Shown here in pieces: positions 48,481 to 62,895 of a DNA stretch of 64,000 nucleotides. Under the pieces are notes generated by a model. The model saw only the letters and a list, made by a program, of their open reading frames with translations. It did no database searches and was not told where the DNA came from. This DNA comes from Octopus sinensis (Eukaryota). The translations under genes and the position numbers were made by a program. Numbering within the stretch: position 1 is the stretch's first letter; the number at the start of each line of letters is the position of its first letter. The stretch covers positions 47,430,001 through 47,494,000 of the forward strand of contig NC_043015.1 in the NCBI RefSeq assembly GCF_006345805.1, given 5' to 3'.

Positions 48481-48724
48481 AGCTTGTAAACAAACAGCTT
48501 AATGTTTCATTAACTCAAAGTTTACAAACTTTTCTTTTTTTTGGTGGGGTAGGTGGGGTTGGGCGGTGGGTTAGTTCTAAAAAGTTCTTTTCTTTCCACA
48601 ATTCATTTAAGTAGTTTCAGATACTCAGTTTAATAGATGTGTCGATATATGTATGAACACTGTTTTAATGAAAGATTATGGTATTTTCCTGTATACGAGT
48701 TAAAGTTTTCAAACCAAAATTGAC

Positions 48725-48907
48725 AGTGGCTGTGTGGTAAGTAGCCTGCTTACCAACCACATGGTTCCAGGTTCATTCCCACTGTGTGGCACCTTGGGCA
48801 AATGTCTTCTACTATAGCCTTGGGCCGACAAAGCCTTGTGAGTGGATTTGGTAGACAGAAACTGAAAGAAGCCTGTCATATATATGTAATGTATATATAT
48901 ATATATA

Positions 48908-48945
<38 letters not shown>

Positions 48946-49061
48946 AAATAGATGGATGAATTATTCTTTGTTTACAGTTAACACGGAAAATTCAATAAAC
49001 AATTACCAGGGTAGCAAAATTTACTTTTATATATATATAAATAATATATATATATATATAA

Positions 49062-49092
<31 letters not shown>

Positions 49093-49300
49093 TTGTGTGT
49101 CTGTGTTTGTACCCCCAACATGGCTTGGCAACCGATGCTGGTGTGTTTACGTCCCCACAACTTAGCGGTTTGGCAAAAGAGACCGATAGAATAAGTACTA
49201 GGCTTACAAAGAATAAGTCCTGGGGGTCAATTTGCTCGACTAAAGGAGGTGCTCCAGCATGGCCACAGTCAAATGACAGAAACGAGTAAAAGAGAGTAAA
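48725..49300 (+). mobile_element. SINE family B with expanded internal (TA)n
   Basis: Head at 48725 and tail GAGTAAAAGAG at ~49290. Confidence 0.8.
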
Positions 49301-49424
49301 GAGAGCAAAAAAGTAGGTCAAGATGACTTTGGAGGACCAAAATTCCCCAAGTAAAATGAAACAGGATTTGGAAAGATAGAGACGATGTTTGAATGCTTAT
49401 ATTACATGTTTACACTATATATAT

Positions 49425-49652
49425 TTCTTTACTACCCACAAGGGGCTAAACACAGAAAGGACAAACAAGGACAGACAAACGGATTAAGTCGATTAGATCG
49501 ACCCCAGTGCGTAACTGGTACTTATTTAATCGACCCCGAAAGAATGAAAGGCAAAGTCGACCTCGGCGGAATTTGAACTCAGAACGTAACGGCAGAAGAA
49601 ATACTGCGAGGCAGTTCGCCCGTCGTGCTAACGTTTCTGCCAACTCGCCGCC
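49425..49652 (-). mobile_element. SINE family A
   Basis: Full reverse-complement copy. Similar minus copies at ~50381-50603, 61420-61650 and 63870-64000. Confidence 0.88.
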
Positions 49653-51724
49653 TTACACTATATACTATATACTATACTATATACTATATATGTTTACACT
49701 ATACACTATATATGTTTACACTATATACTACACAGACTTGTATACCAGAAAATATGACTGGTATTTTATCATTATTGCAATCTGAATCAATGCACTCAGT
49801 ACATGAGAGGGAGTAGAAATAGTTATTTATTAAAGCAATGATCATATTACATAGGAGAAAGGAAGGAGATAGAAAAACATTTTTCAGGTGTTTATCTGTC
49901 ATGCTTCACCTGAGTGAGTCAAGCAAAAAATATATTGAGGGCAAGTTTATTGCTCATGTAGTAAGCTACGAAATTCTTGCATTCCTTTATTATCCATTCA
50001 CATTTGACACCCTGCTCCATTTTCATAAGAGCTACAGTGCATATAAGAATTGTGGTCCTAACACAGGCCAATCCCCTTTCCTCATTGATTACTATCTATG
50101 GTAAGATCAATAACTTCGCTAAATCTAATAAATGTATCTCATCTGAACACGTGTTCTTGTTAGACATCCAGAGAGGTGTTTTACAGAAAGGACCTCTAAC
50201 ATGAATAAGACTGTAATTTGTTTTATATGATTCAAAAGAACAAGTAATTATTTAAATTCAAATTATGATGAACGTAAACAAACAAACAAAGTTTGCTTTA
50301 GAAGCGTTGAGATGTCTTAGAAAGTTAAAGAAGTGATTTTAAATTCTCAAACGAAGGATAATGCTAATAATATATATTCCTTTACTAGCCACAAGGGGCT
50401 AAACACAGAGGGGACTAACAAGGACAGACATAGGTATTAAGTCGATTGCATCGACCCCAGTGCATAACTGGTACTTAATTTATTGACCCCGAAAGGATGA
50501 AAGGCAAAGTCGACCTCGGCGGAATTTGAACTCAGAACATAACGGCAGACGAAATACGGCTACACATTTCGCCCAACGCACTAGCGTTTCTGCCAGCTTG
50601 CCACCAATGCTTATAATATAGCCTGAACAGGATAAGCTACCCCTATTTAGCAGAAAAAAGTGTTGGCAGCCGGCTATGAGACACGGACTCACACCTCTGT
50701 GATTATGCATCGCGGTGCTCTGAACCATTAAGCTAAACTGCCCACAAAATAATTCCTTGCGCAAATTTAAGATATATAGAAATCTCACTTTTTTAAAATT
50801 AAGTAATTCTTTATTTGGTCTTCTCAAAGTATATCTAACTAAAATTATTTTTTGCAGACACGACATTCAAACAGCTTGAGTTTTTGCAATTAGCTATTCA
50901 TTTATGCACAGTTAAATTATTATATGTAAACTTACATAGCAGACGAAAAAAATAAATAAATAACAATTGCAAGAACTTCTGAGTAGACTGGAAAAGAAAG
51001 TGATGTATGGCCTTCATGGATTTTCAGTTCTTATTGGGGTTTTACTAGAGATGCCTATATCACTTGACCAATTCCAGAGAAATAAGGAACCAGTCTGATT
51101 ATATGCACAAGTCCATTAGTTTCAGAGATCGAGAGGTACTAGACGTTTCTATTTATTTTTTTATCTTTTATCTTTTACTTGTTTCAGTCATTAGACTAGG
51201 GCCATGCTGGGGCACAGCCTTGAAGAGGTTTTAGTTGAATGAATCAACCAACCCCAGTACTTTTCTCTTCTTAACACTGGTGCTTATTCCATCAGTCTCT
51301 GCCAAATTGCTAAGTTAGAGTGACATAAACAAACCAACACCAGTCACCAGGTGATGGTGGGGGACAAATGCAGACACAGACACACACACACACATATATA
51401 TACATATGTGGTGCATACAGTGGGCTTCTTTCGGTTTCTGCCTTCCAAATCCATTCACAAGGCTTTGGTCGGCCCAAGGCTATAGCAGAAGACATTTGCT
51501 CAAGGTACCATGTGGTGGGACTGAACCTGGAACCATGTAGTTAGGAAGCAAACTTCTTACCACACAGCCACACCAACAAAATTCTCGAAACCAGACCACA
51601 ACCCAGCTCTTTCACATCTAGTTCTGTGTGTTCTGATGTCTCTAATATATTTGTTTGTTTGTCCATATTATTTCTTTTGTAGCCTTATTCTCCATGAAAA
51701 AAAAAAACCTAAAACAAGATAATG

Positions 51725-52340
51725 GTAAATTTTTTTCTAATGGCAGATCTTGAAGCAGAAAAGCTATAAATAATAGCATGTAAATATTGTGTTAAAAATC
51801 GCTTTAGATAGAAAAGGTCAAAGGCTACTTGTGGGACAAGAAACCACATCTGCAGATATGAAAGATGTTCTACCACTGGACCAAAGCATCCCTTCAAATT
51901 TCTTTATCCCTTTTAGAAACTTTTTTCTCGCCAATAAGATTGTATGTTGTTGAGGATATAAGAATTTATAAACTTATAGAGAAAATGAAATGACTGTTTT
52001 TTTGGAGTGGTGGAACTTGAAGCAGATAAAGCTATAAATAATAACATGTAAATATTGGGTTAAAATCCCTTTGGATAGAAAAATGTCTAAGGCTACTTGT
52101 GGGACTTGGACATGAAAGAAATTCTACCATTAGACCAAAGCAGTCTTTCAAATTTCTTTATTCATTTTAGAAACTTTATTCTTACCAACAAGAACTGTAT
52201 GTTGTTGATGACATAAGAATTTATAAACTTCAAGAGAAAATTAGATAATTTTTTTTTTCGAATGGTGCCCCTGGAACCAGATAAAGCTATAAATAATAGC
52301 GTGTAAATATTGAGTTAAAAATCCTTTGGATAGAAAAACC
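51725..52340. repeat. Degenerate ~260-bp tandem repeat, ~2.3 units
   Basis: AAGCTATAAATAATA..GTAAATATT recurs at 51761, 52029 and 52284. Confidence 0.8.
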
Positions 52341-52582
52341 TGAAAGTTCCCTGTGGAAATTTCTACTTCAAGTTTAATCATTTAAAATAATATATAACAA
52401 ATTACTTAAAGTTATCTTGAAGTTTCTAAATTTTTAACTCATAAAAACTCAGTATTTCATTGTTTGATTGGGAATTAAATAATTCCAAGCATCATTAGAG
52501 ATGCCAAAGCTGAAAGGTTCTTTTAGTTATTGTTCAGCCCCAGGTTAGCTCTCACTCAGCAGACCTGTGATCAACTGTGCTC

Positions 52583-53000
52583 TCTTTTACTCTTTTACTT
52601 GTTTCAGTCATTTGACTGTGGCCATGCTGGAGTACTGCTTTTAGTCGAGCAAATCGACCACAGGACTTATTCTTTGTAAGCCTAGTACTTATTCTATCGA
52701 TCTCCTTTGCCGAACCGCTAAGTTACAGGGATGTAAACACACCAGCCTCGGTTGCCAAGTGATGTTGGGGGTGGTGGAGGGACAAACATAGACACACACA
52801 TATATATCATCATCATCATCATCATCTATACATATATACGACGGGCTTCTTTCAGTTTCCGTCTACCAAATCCACTCACAAATCTTTGGTCAGCCTGAGG
52901 CTATAGTAGAAGAAACTTGCCCAAGGTGCTTTGCAGTGGGACTGAACCCGGAACCATGTGGTTGGTAAGCAAGCTACTTACCACACAGCCACTCCTACGC
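52583..53000 (-). mobile_element. SINE family B
   Basis: Full reverse-complement copy. Another minus copy at ~51160-51575. Confidence 0.85.
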
Positions 53001-53406
53001 CTATCATGATTACCTTGTCTCTTTATATATTTCTAACGCCATGTTCAAATTTGTTATCTCTATATGACTTGTGAAGTGTGATTTGAAGAAATCTGGCTGC
53101 TATTTCCAGCAGGTAAACAACAATGTAAAGGTAAAGATTCCTTTCCAAAACAAAGTCAAAAGCTTTGGTGAGATAAACAAATTCTATATTTTATTCCTTT
53201 AATCTAACTCAGTCTATATCTGGAAATCGCATGCATTAACCAACAATAAACTTTCATTTAAAATAAGTTTTCCCAACCAATGATGGAACATCTACATGGT
53301 AGTATGTCGGTCTCTTTAGCTGAACCATTAAGTCTATGGAGGCGTAAACATATCATTACCGGATGTCAAGCAGTGGAGAGGAGACAAACACAGACACAAA
53401 GGAATA

Positions 53407-53832
53407 GGATCTTTTCGGTTTGAACGGCAGTTTTTAACATACTTTCTAGGTAACTAAAAAATTTTAAACTTCGTATACTGGTAGAATGTGTTTATAAAAC
53501 ATTTTTTTCTTTTGGCTTTATTGAGAAAATTCTATAGTTTGTAAGATATTTGTTGTTTTTTTTTTCTTCAATTTCTGCAATTTCAACCAATCAATGACGT
53601 CTATTGAGGTAAAAAAAACATTCTGTGTCGTATGAATATGTCCCTCGTTTAAGAAACAGATTGGGTTTATTTACATTTGTGAAGAAAAAAAGATACCCTT
53701 CCCCCCACCCCTGACCCTAACCCTAAAACAGATTGAAATGCAATAGATCGATACTAGGGTCATAATTATGGGTAACAATTTCATATGACACCGCTAGAAA
53801 AAAAACTGTGCCGTTCAAAACCGAAAAGATGC
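53407..53832 (-). mobile_element. GG-terminal MITE upstream of LANCL3
   Basis: Family TIRs and TSD AAGGAATA/AAGGAACA. Confidence 0.9.
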
Positions 53833-54373
53833 AAGGAACAACGATTGTGGCCAGTCGTATGACTGACCACAAACACAACCACAAACGCAAGAAGAATGCT
53901 GGGGGAGGTTTGATGTGGGGGGGGGGAATCTGCGCAAAGATGGAAGAGTTTTGTGAAGGGAGACAACTTAATGCTTAAACGACGTCCTGAGTAGACTCGT
54001 GACGTAAGCACGTGTGTGTCAAGGGGGGACAAATGCCGTCAACTGACTACTAGAGACATTTTCCCGGCTTTGGCTGCACATTTCTTGTCATCAATGGAGT
54101 CTTGTTATTAATATATACTGCGCATCTCTGCAAACTAAGATAATCTTCAGAAAAACTATACAAAAATTAGAGTAGTTATTTTATTGTAAATTCAGAATAA
54201 CAACAAACTCAACAATTTTTTTAAAAAAACATTCCCTTTTTGTTGTTTTTTAGAAACTTACAACAAAAAATAAGAAAAAATAAGGGAAAAAAAAGAGAGA
54301 AAAACTGATTTAGGAAAATAATTAATTGTTCTTTTGTGAATGTAAAGAATTTGGGAAAAAACACAAAAAAAAA

Positions 54374-54907
54374 ATGCGATATTTTCCGAATACAAATAAT
54401 GATGTGGAGAGTGGGTCGCTGGTGACTATTAACAAAAAGAAATGGATCGATTCTATCGAAAATATTGTAAAATTGATAATAAATAAGATGCCGGCATCAT
54501 CCTTGGAAAACTGCGATGGAGGTTTGTACGTCGGAAATGCCGGAGTGGCTTATATGCTCTACTGTCTGACAAAGTCCGATGCGTTGGGCGATGAATTAAA
54601 GAAATACTGTGCGGAACAATGCCGTGTGTATTTCGATGCGGCTTTGAACTTTGCCGAGAGCACCAACGATCGAGATCCTGCAGTGTCCTTCCTGCTGGGC
54701 AAGGCCGGCGTATACTCCGTGGGCACTGCTATTTCTAGCCTCAACGGAGACCAGGCTCAGGTGGAGAGATTCATCAACGAGTACATTTCCTTAGGGGAGC
54801 TTTGTAAACCCATCATCATATTTCCATACGGTTCCGATGAACTTTTCGTGGGCAGAGCAGGTTACCTTTTCGGATCTTTTTTCATCAACAATGTTTTACA
54901 GAGAGAG
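54374..54907 (+). CDS. LANCL3: LanC-like protein 3, coding exon 1
   Basis: MRYFPN...DGGLYVGNAGVAYMLY...SFLLGKAGVYSV...GSDELFVGRAGYL. The GSDELFVGRAGYL string matches LANCL3 rather than LANCL1/2 (recalled motif). Donor GAG|GTAAAA at 54908 (phase 0). Confidence 0.87.
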
Positions 54908-56579
54908 GTAAAAAAAAAAAAGGAATTTTTTTTTTTTTTGTTGAAATCTTGTTTACAAAATTTTTAAGGCGATCTTTCTTCGTCTCTTGTAGACCTTTCC
55001 GTCGATTTCCGTAAAATCTACCAGCGACGAAAGATCGCCCAAAATTTTAATGTTTTAAATGATATTTTTTATTCACGATTATTAACCCATCAAATGCCAA
55101 TATTACCGGTTGCGGCAATCTTTCGACTCTAGTAGACCGTTCCGTCGATAAAGAGATAACTGAAATTTTTTACTCGGTGTATGTGTATATATATGTATGT
55201 ATATTACTTCAAAAGTTCCCGCAAGCCCATATGTAAAAAAAAAAAAAAATTTTTACGGAAATCGACGGAAAGGTCTACTAGAGACGAAAGATCGCCCCGG
55301 TTGCTTATATTTCAATATTTTATATATGTATATATATATATACTGCATCGCATTGTTTATGTATAAAAAGATATCTTAAATGGTTTCCAACAATCTGTTG
55401 TTCGCTTCCAGCTAACAGCAAACTGGCAGTTCTAACGAGAATAGTGAAGTTTTAGCCATCTTTTGTTCTCAGTAGTTCTTCAGCTTGTTTCAGCCATCAC
55501 GGCCGAGGCCATGCTGGAGCGTTGCCTTAAGAACTGTGACGAAAAAATTTACCTAAATAGGTAAAAATTCACTACTTGATATTAGTGTGTGCTATTTTAT
55601 ACGCACCACCTTACACATGGGCGCGCGCGCACTCACTCATTCACACACCTTGTTGAAGGTAAACTTTGCATTCCAGTCTTTTTTTTTCGGGGATCGATAA
55701 ATAAAGGACCAGTACGGTGGCAGCGAATTGGCGGAATTGATACTGCATCAGACAAATTGCTTTTGCGGTATCTTCTCCGGCTCATCGTGTTCTGAGTTCA
55801 AATTTCTACCTAGTTTACCTAAAAGTCCTTTGGATAGAAAAAGCTGAAAGTTCCCCGTGGAAATTTCTACTTCAAGTTTAATCATTTAAAATAATATATA
55901 ACGGTTAATATAGGGCGTTACAAATTCTGTTGTATCTGGGGAGATACAGAGAGAGGTAAAAAAAGGAATTTTTTTTTTTTTTTGAAAGAGAAGAAAAAAG
56001 CACCCTCGGTAACCCTTAAGTGTAGCGTCGGAAAAAGTTTGATAAACCCCTTAAATAAATGCTCCCTTTAAATAAATGACGCTGCGCGGATTCGAAACAG
56101 GGTTTGCTAGTTGAAGTAATGAAGTAATATGTTAAACTCGGTAGCAATATCGGTGGCTAAGTGGTCAACATCATGAGTTAAAACGGATGAATTGCATGAG
56201 TCATAGCACTTTCTGCATGATGGCCAAACGGTATGATCGGCGCTAACATACCACTATGTTAGCACCGCCTTCGTATATAACTTAAAACTATCCTTTATCA
56301 AGTTAGTTATGAATTCGATCGTGTAGTAGGTAGTGTTTGCTATGCAAATTGCAAATTGCTACTTCCTTGAAATGCTAATTTTAGAAATTTGGTGCGCTGT
56401 TATGTGATTTCATTTCGGAAAATTCTCTCTCCCCGAGCGCGAATCGTTTTTTCCCTCGGATTTAATGTAAAGACTTTTTTTTTTTTTAGATGTTTTTCAA
56501 ATATATGTTGCTTTACTTATGATAATCTTGTTCAGTTGTTGCATATTTAATTTGTGAACAGGTAAAGTACGTACCTAAG

Positions 56580-57150
56580 CGTATATGCATGCATGTAATT
56601 GTATGTGCGCGTGCACATATATATACACATACATATGCGTATATATATGTGTGTGTATGTATGCACATATATATGCATATATTTATGCGTATATATATGT
56701 GTGTATGTGTACATATGTGCATGTATATATACGCATATATATATGCATATATTTATGTGTATATATGTGTGTGTGTATGTGCACATAATGTGCATATATA
56801 TATATATGCATATATTTATGCGTATATATATGTGTGTATGTACATATGTGCATGTATATATACGCATATATATATGCATATATTTGTGTAAATATGTGTG
56901 CGTGCATAAAAAAAGAGAGTATATGCATATATTCATGTGTATATATGTGTATGTGTACATATGTGCATATATATATATATATATACACATATATATGCAT
57001 AAATTTATGTATATATATATATATATGTGTGTGTGTGTATGTGCACATATATGTTAATATATATATACACTTATAAATGCATATATTTATGTGTAAATAT
57101 GTTTGTGTACATATATATATATATATATATGCATATATTTATGTGTGTGT
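56580..57150. repeat. Compound (TA/TG/CA) simple repeat
   Basis: Direct reading. Recurrent ATATATGCATATATTTATG units. Confidence 0.9.
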
Positions 57151-57611
57151 GTGTCATCATCATCATTTGGCGTCTGGCTTCCATGCTGGCATTGGCTACA
57201 CATTTCAATAGGATCTGATGAGTCAGAAGACTGCGTCATCCTCCAGCGTCTACTTTGGCAGGACTTCTACTGCCGGATGCTCTTCCTGATGCCAACCTTT
57301 CTACAAAGCGTGCTGACTGCTTTTTTCTTTCTTTTTATTTTTTCTTTTTATTTTTTTTTTTTTTGTTATACCAACAATAGTGAAAATTACCTTATAATGT
57401 GTAGGCCTAAGGGGCTGGAACTGTCTTCTACAACTGAAAGTGAATAGAATAGAGGTATGGGGTTATTGCAAGGGTGAGACCAGAGAGGGAAGATGAAGAG
57501 GGATGTTGAGGAGGCAGAGAAGCTGTTGGGGGAGAGCATCCTAGATGTGAAAGGCAGGTGGTGCTATAAAGGTAAAAGTTTTGGATGACAGTAGAGGTGA
57601 CCTGGGGGGCT

Positions 57612-58020
57612 TACCTATTTCTTTATTGTCCACAAGGGGCTAAACATAGAGGGGACAAACAAGGACAGACATAGATATTAAGTCGATTACATCGATCCCA
57701 GTACGTAACTGGTACTTAATTTATCGACCCCGAAAGGATGAAAGGCAAAGTCGACCTCGGCGAAATTTGAACTCACAACGTAACGGCAGACGAAATACCT
57801 ATTTCTTTACTACCCACAAGGGGCTAAACACTGAGGGGACAAACAAGGACAGACAAACAGATTAAGGCGATTAGATCGACCCCAGTGCGTAGCTGGTACT
57901 TAATTTATTGACCCTGAAAGAATGAAAGTCGACCATGGCAGAATTTGAACTCAGAACGTAGCAGCAGACGAAATACCGCTAAGCATTTCACCCGACGTGC
58001 TAACGTTTCTGCCAGCTCGC
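57612..58020 (-). mobile_element. SINE family A dimer
   Basis: Junction GAAATACC|TATTTC at 57792. Confidence 0.88.
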
Positions 58021-58764
58021 TATGCTTTGGGTGCTGAAGCGATGGGTGTCATGGAGTGAGGAGAGATAAGTTGTTGGGATTGTAAGTTTGGTTTGGCAGA
58101 GAGCAAATGAGTGGCTGTGTGGTAAGTAGCTTGCTTACCAACCACATGGCCCTGGGTTCAGTCCCACTGAGTGGCACCTTGGACAAGTGTCTTCTACTAT
58201 AGCTTCGAGCTGACCGAAGTCTTGTGAGTGGATTTGGTAGATGGAAACTGGAAGAGGCCCGTCGTATATGTATATATATATGTGTGTGTTTGTGTTTATC
58301 CCACCCAATATCGCTTGACAACCGATGCTGGTGTGTTTATGTCCTCGTAACTTAGCAGTTCGGCAAAAGAACCGTCCAACCCGTGCAAGCACGGAAAACG
58401 GACGTTAAATGATGATGATGATTATTGTATACATACATACATACATATATATATATATATCATAAAATATCAGACACAGGCATGGTTGTGTGGTAAGATG
58501 CTGGCTTCCCAGCCACGTGGTTCAGGGTCCAATTCCACTGAGAGGAACCTTGAGCAAATGTCTTCTACTGTAGCTTTGGGCCACTCTGAGTCTTGTGAGC
58601 ATATTTAGTAGATAGAAACTGGAAGAAGCCTGTCATGTATATGTGTATGTATGTGTGTGTCCCCTTGTGTCTGTGTGTGTCTCTCACCACTGCTCAACAG
58701 TCGGTGTTGGTATCTTTACAACCCTAAGAGACTGACAAAATAAGTTGTAGGTTTAAAAAAGAAA

Positions 58765-59795
58765 TCATCATCATCATCATTTAACGTCCATTTTCCATGC
58801 TAGCATGGGTTGGATGGTTCAACTGGGGTCTGGGAAGCTAGAAGGCTGCACCAGGCCCAGTCTGATCTGGCAGTGTTTCTACAGCTGGATGCCCTTCCTA
58901 ATGCCAACCACTCCGTGAGTGTAGTGGGTGCTTTTTACATGCCACCTGCACAGGTGCCAGACGAGGCTAGCAAACAGCCACGATTAGATGGTGCTTTTTA
59001 CATGCCACCAGCACAGGGGCCAGACGAGGCTGGCAACAGCCACAATCGGATGACGCTTTTTACGTGCCACCGGCACGGAGGCCAGTCGGGGCGGCGCTGG
59101 CAGCGGCCACGTTCGGATGGTTCTCTTACATGCCACCGGCACTGGTATCACAGCTACAATTTCCATTGATGTTGATCAATTTTGATTTTCGCTTGCCTCA
59201 ACAGGTCTTCACAAGTAGGGTTTGTGTCACAAGAAGGAAAGGTATGCATAAGTGGGCTGGCTACATCCCAGGTAGAGGCCACGGGTTATGGTCTCACTTG
59301 TCCTGCCGGGTCTTCCCACGCACAGCATACTTCCAAAGGTCTCGGTCTCTGATCTTTTCCTTAGTGAGACCTAAAGTTCGAAGGTCTTGCTTCACCACCT
59401 TGTCCCAGGTTTTCCTGGGTCTACCTCTTCCACAGGTTCCCTCAACTGCTAGGGATTGGCACTTTTTCACACACCTATCTTCATCCATTCTCGCCACATG
59501 ACCATACCAGCGCAATCGTTTTTCTTTCACACCACAACTGATGCTTCTTAGGTCCAACTTTTCTCTCAAGGTACTTACACTCTGTCGAGTATGAACACTG
59601 ACATTACACATCCATCTGAGCATACTGGCTTCATTTCTTGCGAGCTTACGCATATCCTCAGCAGTCACAGCCCAAGTTTCACTGCCATGTAGCATGGCTG
59701 TTCGTACACATGCGTCATACAGTCTGCCTTTTACTCTGAGCAAGAGGCCCTTTGCCACCAGCAGAGGTAAGAGCTCTCTGAACTTTGCCCAGGCT
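58765..59795 (-). mobile_element. RTE-clade LINE 3' end, well preserved
   Basis: ORF KGRLYDACVRTAMLHGSETW...RLRWYGHVARM...GRGRPRKTW...RDRDLW, then a 3' UTR with tandem repeats and a (GAT)n tail. Confidence 0.9.
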
Positions 59796-60743
59796 ATAAA
59801 AGATAAAAATGAGTTCTGGGGTCAGTTTTTCCAAACTAAATTTCTTCAAGCAGTACTCCAGCACGGTGACTGATGCAAGTAAATGATAAAAGATACATTT
59901 TTGGCACAGTCAATAAGCATACTGTAGCAAGCGTGTTCCGTCAGTGATTACTCAGAGTAGGCAGTTGGTGACGCTTATGTAGTATATGACACAAATGAGC
60001 GAAACACAGGGGCGCGACTTGAGTTGTAGGCAGATTTACTTCTGCCTTTATAGCACATAAAGAAAATGTTGTAGGAATGTACCCAGCATGTGTACTACAG
60101 TAGTTCTATGTGTAACTTTAATACTAAGATTAAAAGGCAGGGGCAAATTATACCTACTTAATCTACAAAAGACTATGCTCAAATGGTGCTTTTTATGTGC
60201 CACCGGCACAGAAGCCAGTTAGCCGCTCTGGCAATGATTACGCCCAGATGGTGCTCTATACACTCCACTAGCACGGATGCCAGTCATCGAATTTGATTTT
60301 GAGATGATGATGATGATATTTGTTCTCAGGTTCTTTTCTTCAACCTCTCCTCCTTCTTGATAAAGACTGAGAATTGAGGATTGGACCATGATAAACTTCT
60401 ACCTCCATACTATTTACTATTGCTATTATTATCAACAACCCTCACAAGCCATTTGTCTACACTTAGTTTCCTTGGTGACCCCTAAATTACTGAACATGGA
60501 CTGCTCCCACTCTTTTTATTTATTTTTTTCTTTTGCCTTCACATGAACTCCCTATACATACACTCTGGGCAATCTACCATCCCTTATATATTCACATTTT
60601 CATACCTTGAGAGTATGCCCTGACACATTGCCACCATTTCTCTCTCTCTCTCTTGTTCTCTTCCTTATTAAAATATTGCATAATGAAATCGGTTCATTCT
60701 TTTTATATGTATATGTGTGTGTGTGTGTATGTATGTATATATG

Positions 60744-60790
<47 letters not shown>

Positions 60791-62043
60791 GTGTGTATAT
60801 GACAGGCTACTTTCATTTTCTGTCTATCAAATCCACTCAGAAGGCTTTGGTCAACCTGGGGCTATAGTAGATGACACTGAAGTTGCCACAGGATGGGACT
60901 GAACCTTGAACCATGTGGATGAGAAGCAAACATCTTAGCACGCACACACACAAACACGTGTGTGTATGTGTTAGCTCTCCAGAAAACAGAGTGAGAGGAG
61001 CTACTACTGGAGGAATGACCAGGTCCTAAAGGACACCGTCCTTCAGACACCATCAGTGATTGGATTAGCCAGTCCAAGTACATCCACTAACAAAGAAGAC
61101 TATCACTTTTGCCATGACTGGCGCAATAAAGACACTGGCTATCGGTTTAACCCCCTTGGGCCTACTAACAATAGCACATGAGTGAGAGCTGACAGCCAAC
61201 CTGTGGTAATAGCTGAAATTCTCAGAAACTGTTGCTTCGACATTGCTAAGCACCACACATGTTGCTGATTTCAGAAACTTATAAACTGGTGGTTCTGTTA
61301 GAACCCTCCTTTCACTGAGAAGTCCATGTTGAGGAGGCAAATGAGAAGAAGAAAATGAAAGATGCTAAGCTGGTGGAATTTTATTGAAGCAATGTGAGGC
61401 AAACGAGGTGTGAAACCTGTTTCTTTATTGCCCACAAGGGGCTAAACACAGAGAGGACACACAAGGACAGACAAACGGATTAAGTCGATTACATCGACCC
61501 CAGCGTGTGACTGGTACTTATTTAATCGACCCTGAAAGGATGAAAGGCAAAGTCGACCTCGGTGGAATTTGAACTCAGAACGCAACGGCAGACAAAATAC
61601 CACTAAGTATTTCGCCCCATGTGCCAACGTTTCTGCCAGCTCGCCGCCTTGCAGGTGTGAAACCATTGAGGTGGTGTACAGCTGATTTGGGGTCCTGTCT
61701 CAGTTATATATACCATTTCTAAGGCTCACACCTCCTGAGCCTCAGCCAGCTTGAAATAACCTCTTCTACTGCCATACCCACCTTGATGGTTGTCTGCCTA
61801 CTGACACTTTTGATGTCTAATGTGTTGTAGGCTCTACTGAGTGAGAGAGAGAGACTGGCTTGCAAACCCCCTACAGAAGTGTAATGGACATATACAGAAC
61901 ACTAAAAGACACAAACTGCGAACTTCTTTTGACTAATTGCTTGTACCTTTTCAACTTCAGCTAACCTATTTGCCAACAAAAAAGCCTCATTATGCTAAAA
62001 TTCAAGCTAACCCTAAACCTCAAATCACATGTTACTGTCTTAA

Positions 62044-62265
62044 CCCTTTTGTTACCATATTTCTGTTGAGATACTCTGTGTTTCTTTCAATTGATTTTAA
62101 ATATAACAAAGAATTTAGTAAAATGACTTTGTTATCATTAAGCTAGTGTTAGGAACATAAGTTGTGACTAAGGTTTGGTGGAAGATTTTAATTCAAAATT
62201 TAGGAAAACAAGACATTTATATTACAGAGCCAGAGGCGGTTTTGGTCGGGTTGGTATCGAAAGGG
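62044..62265. mobile_element. piggyBac-type MITE
   Basis: TTAA|CCCTTTTGTTACCA ... TGGTATCGAAAGGG|TTAA. Confidence 0.8.
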
Positions 62266-62519
62266 TTAAAGGAAATAACATATTGGACAAGATAGTTCTG
62301 GATGTATACTACCTTCTAAAGACAGAATTGTAATTATTTAAATAATTTTTCTCACATATCTGCTCAGTCACAACTGACGTGAGTCTATGTAACTGCTTTC
62401 CTATAAAAAGAAAAGAACCCAGGGCGGATTCTGGTTAGATCTATAAGTTTGGAAGAGTAATTAATTGATGAACAAATAAAGTGGAGAAAAGGTTGGTGTC
62501 TAAAGCAAAGTAAGTCGTG

Positions 62520-62895
<376 letters not shown>

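Noticed and set aside
49860-50330. Non-repetitive region checked for coding remnants
   Set aside because: Stops occur in the frames examined and no recognisable motif was found.
54326-54373. Upstream TTG start and read-through end of the 213-aa ORF
   Set aside because: Homology begins at ATG 54374, and the ORF tail after 54907 is intronic A/T homopolymer.
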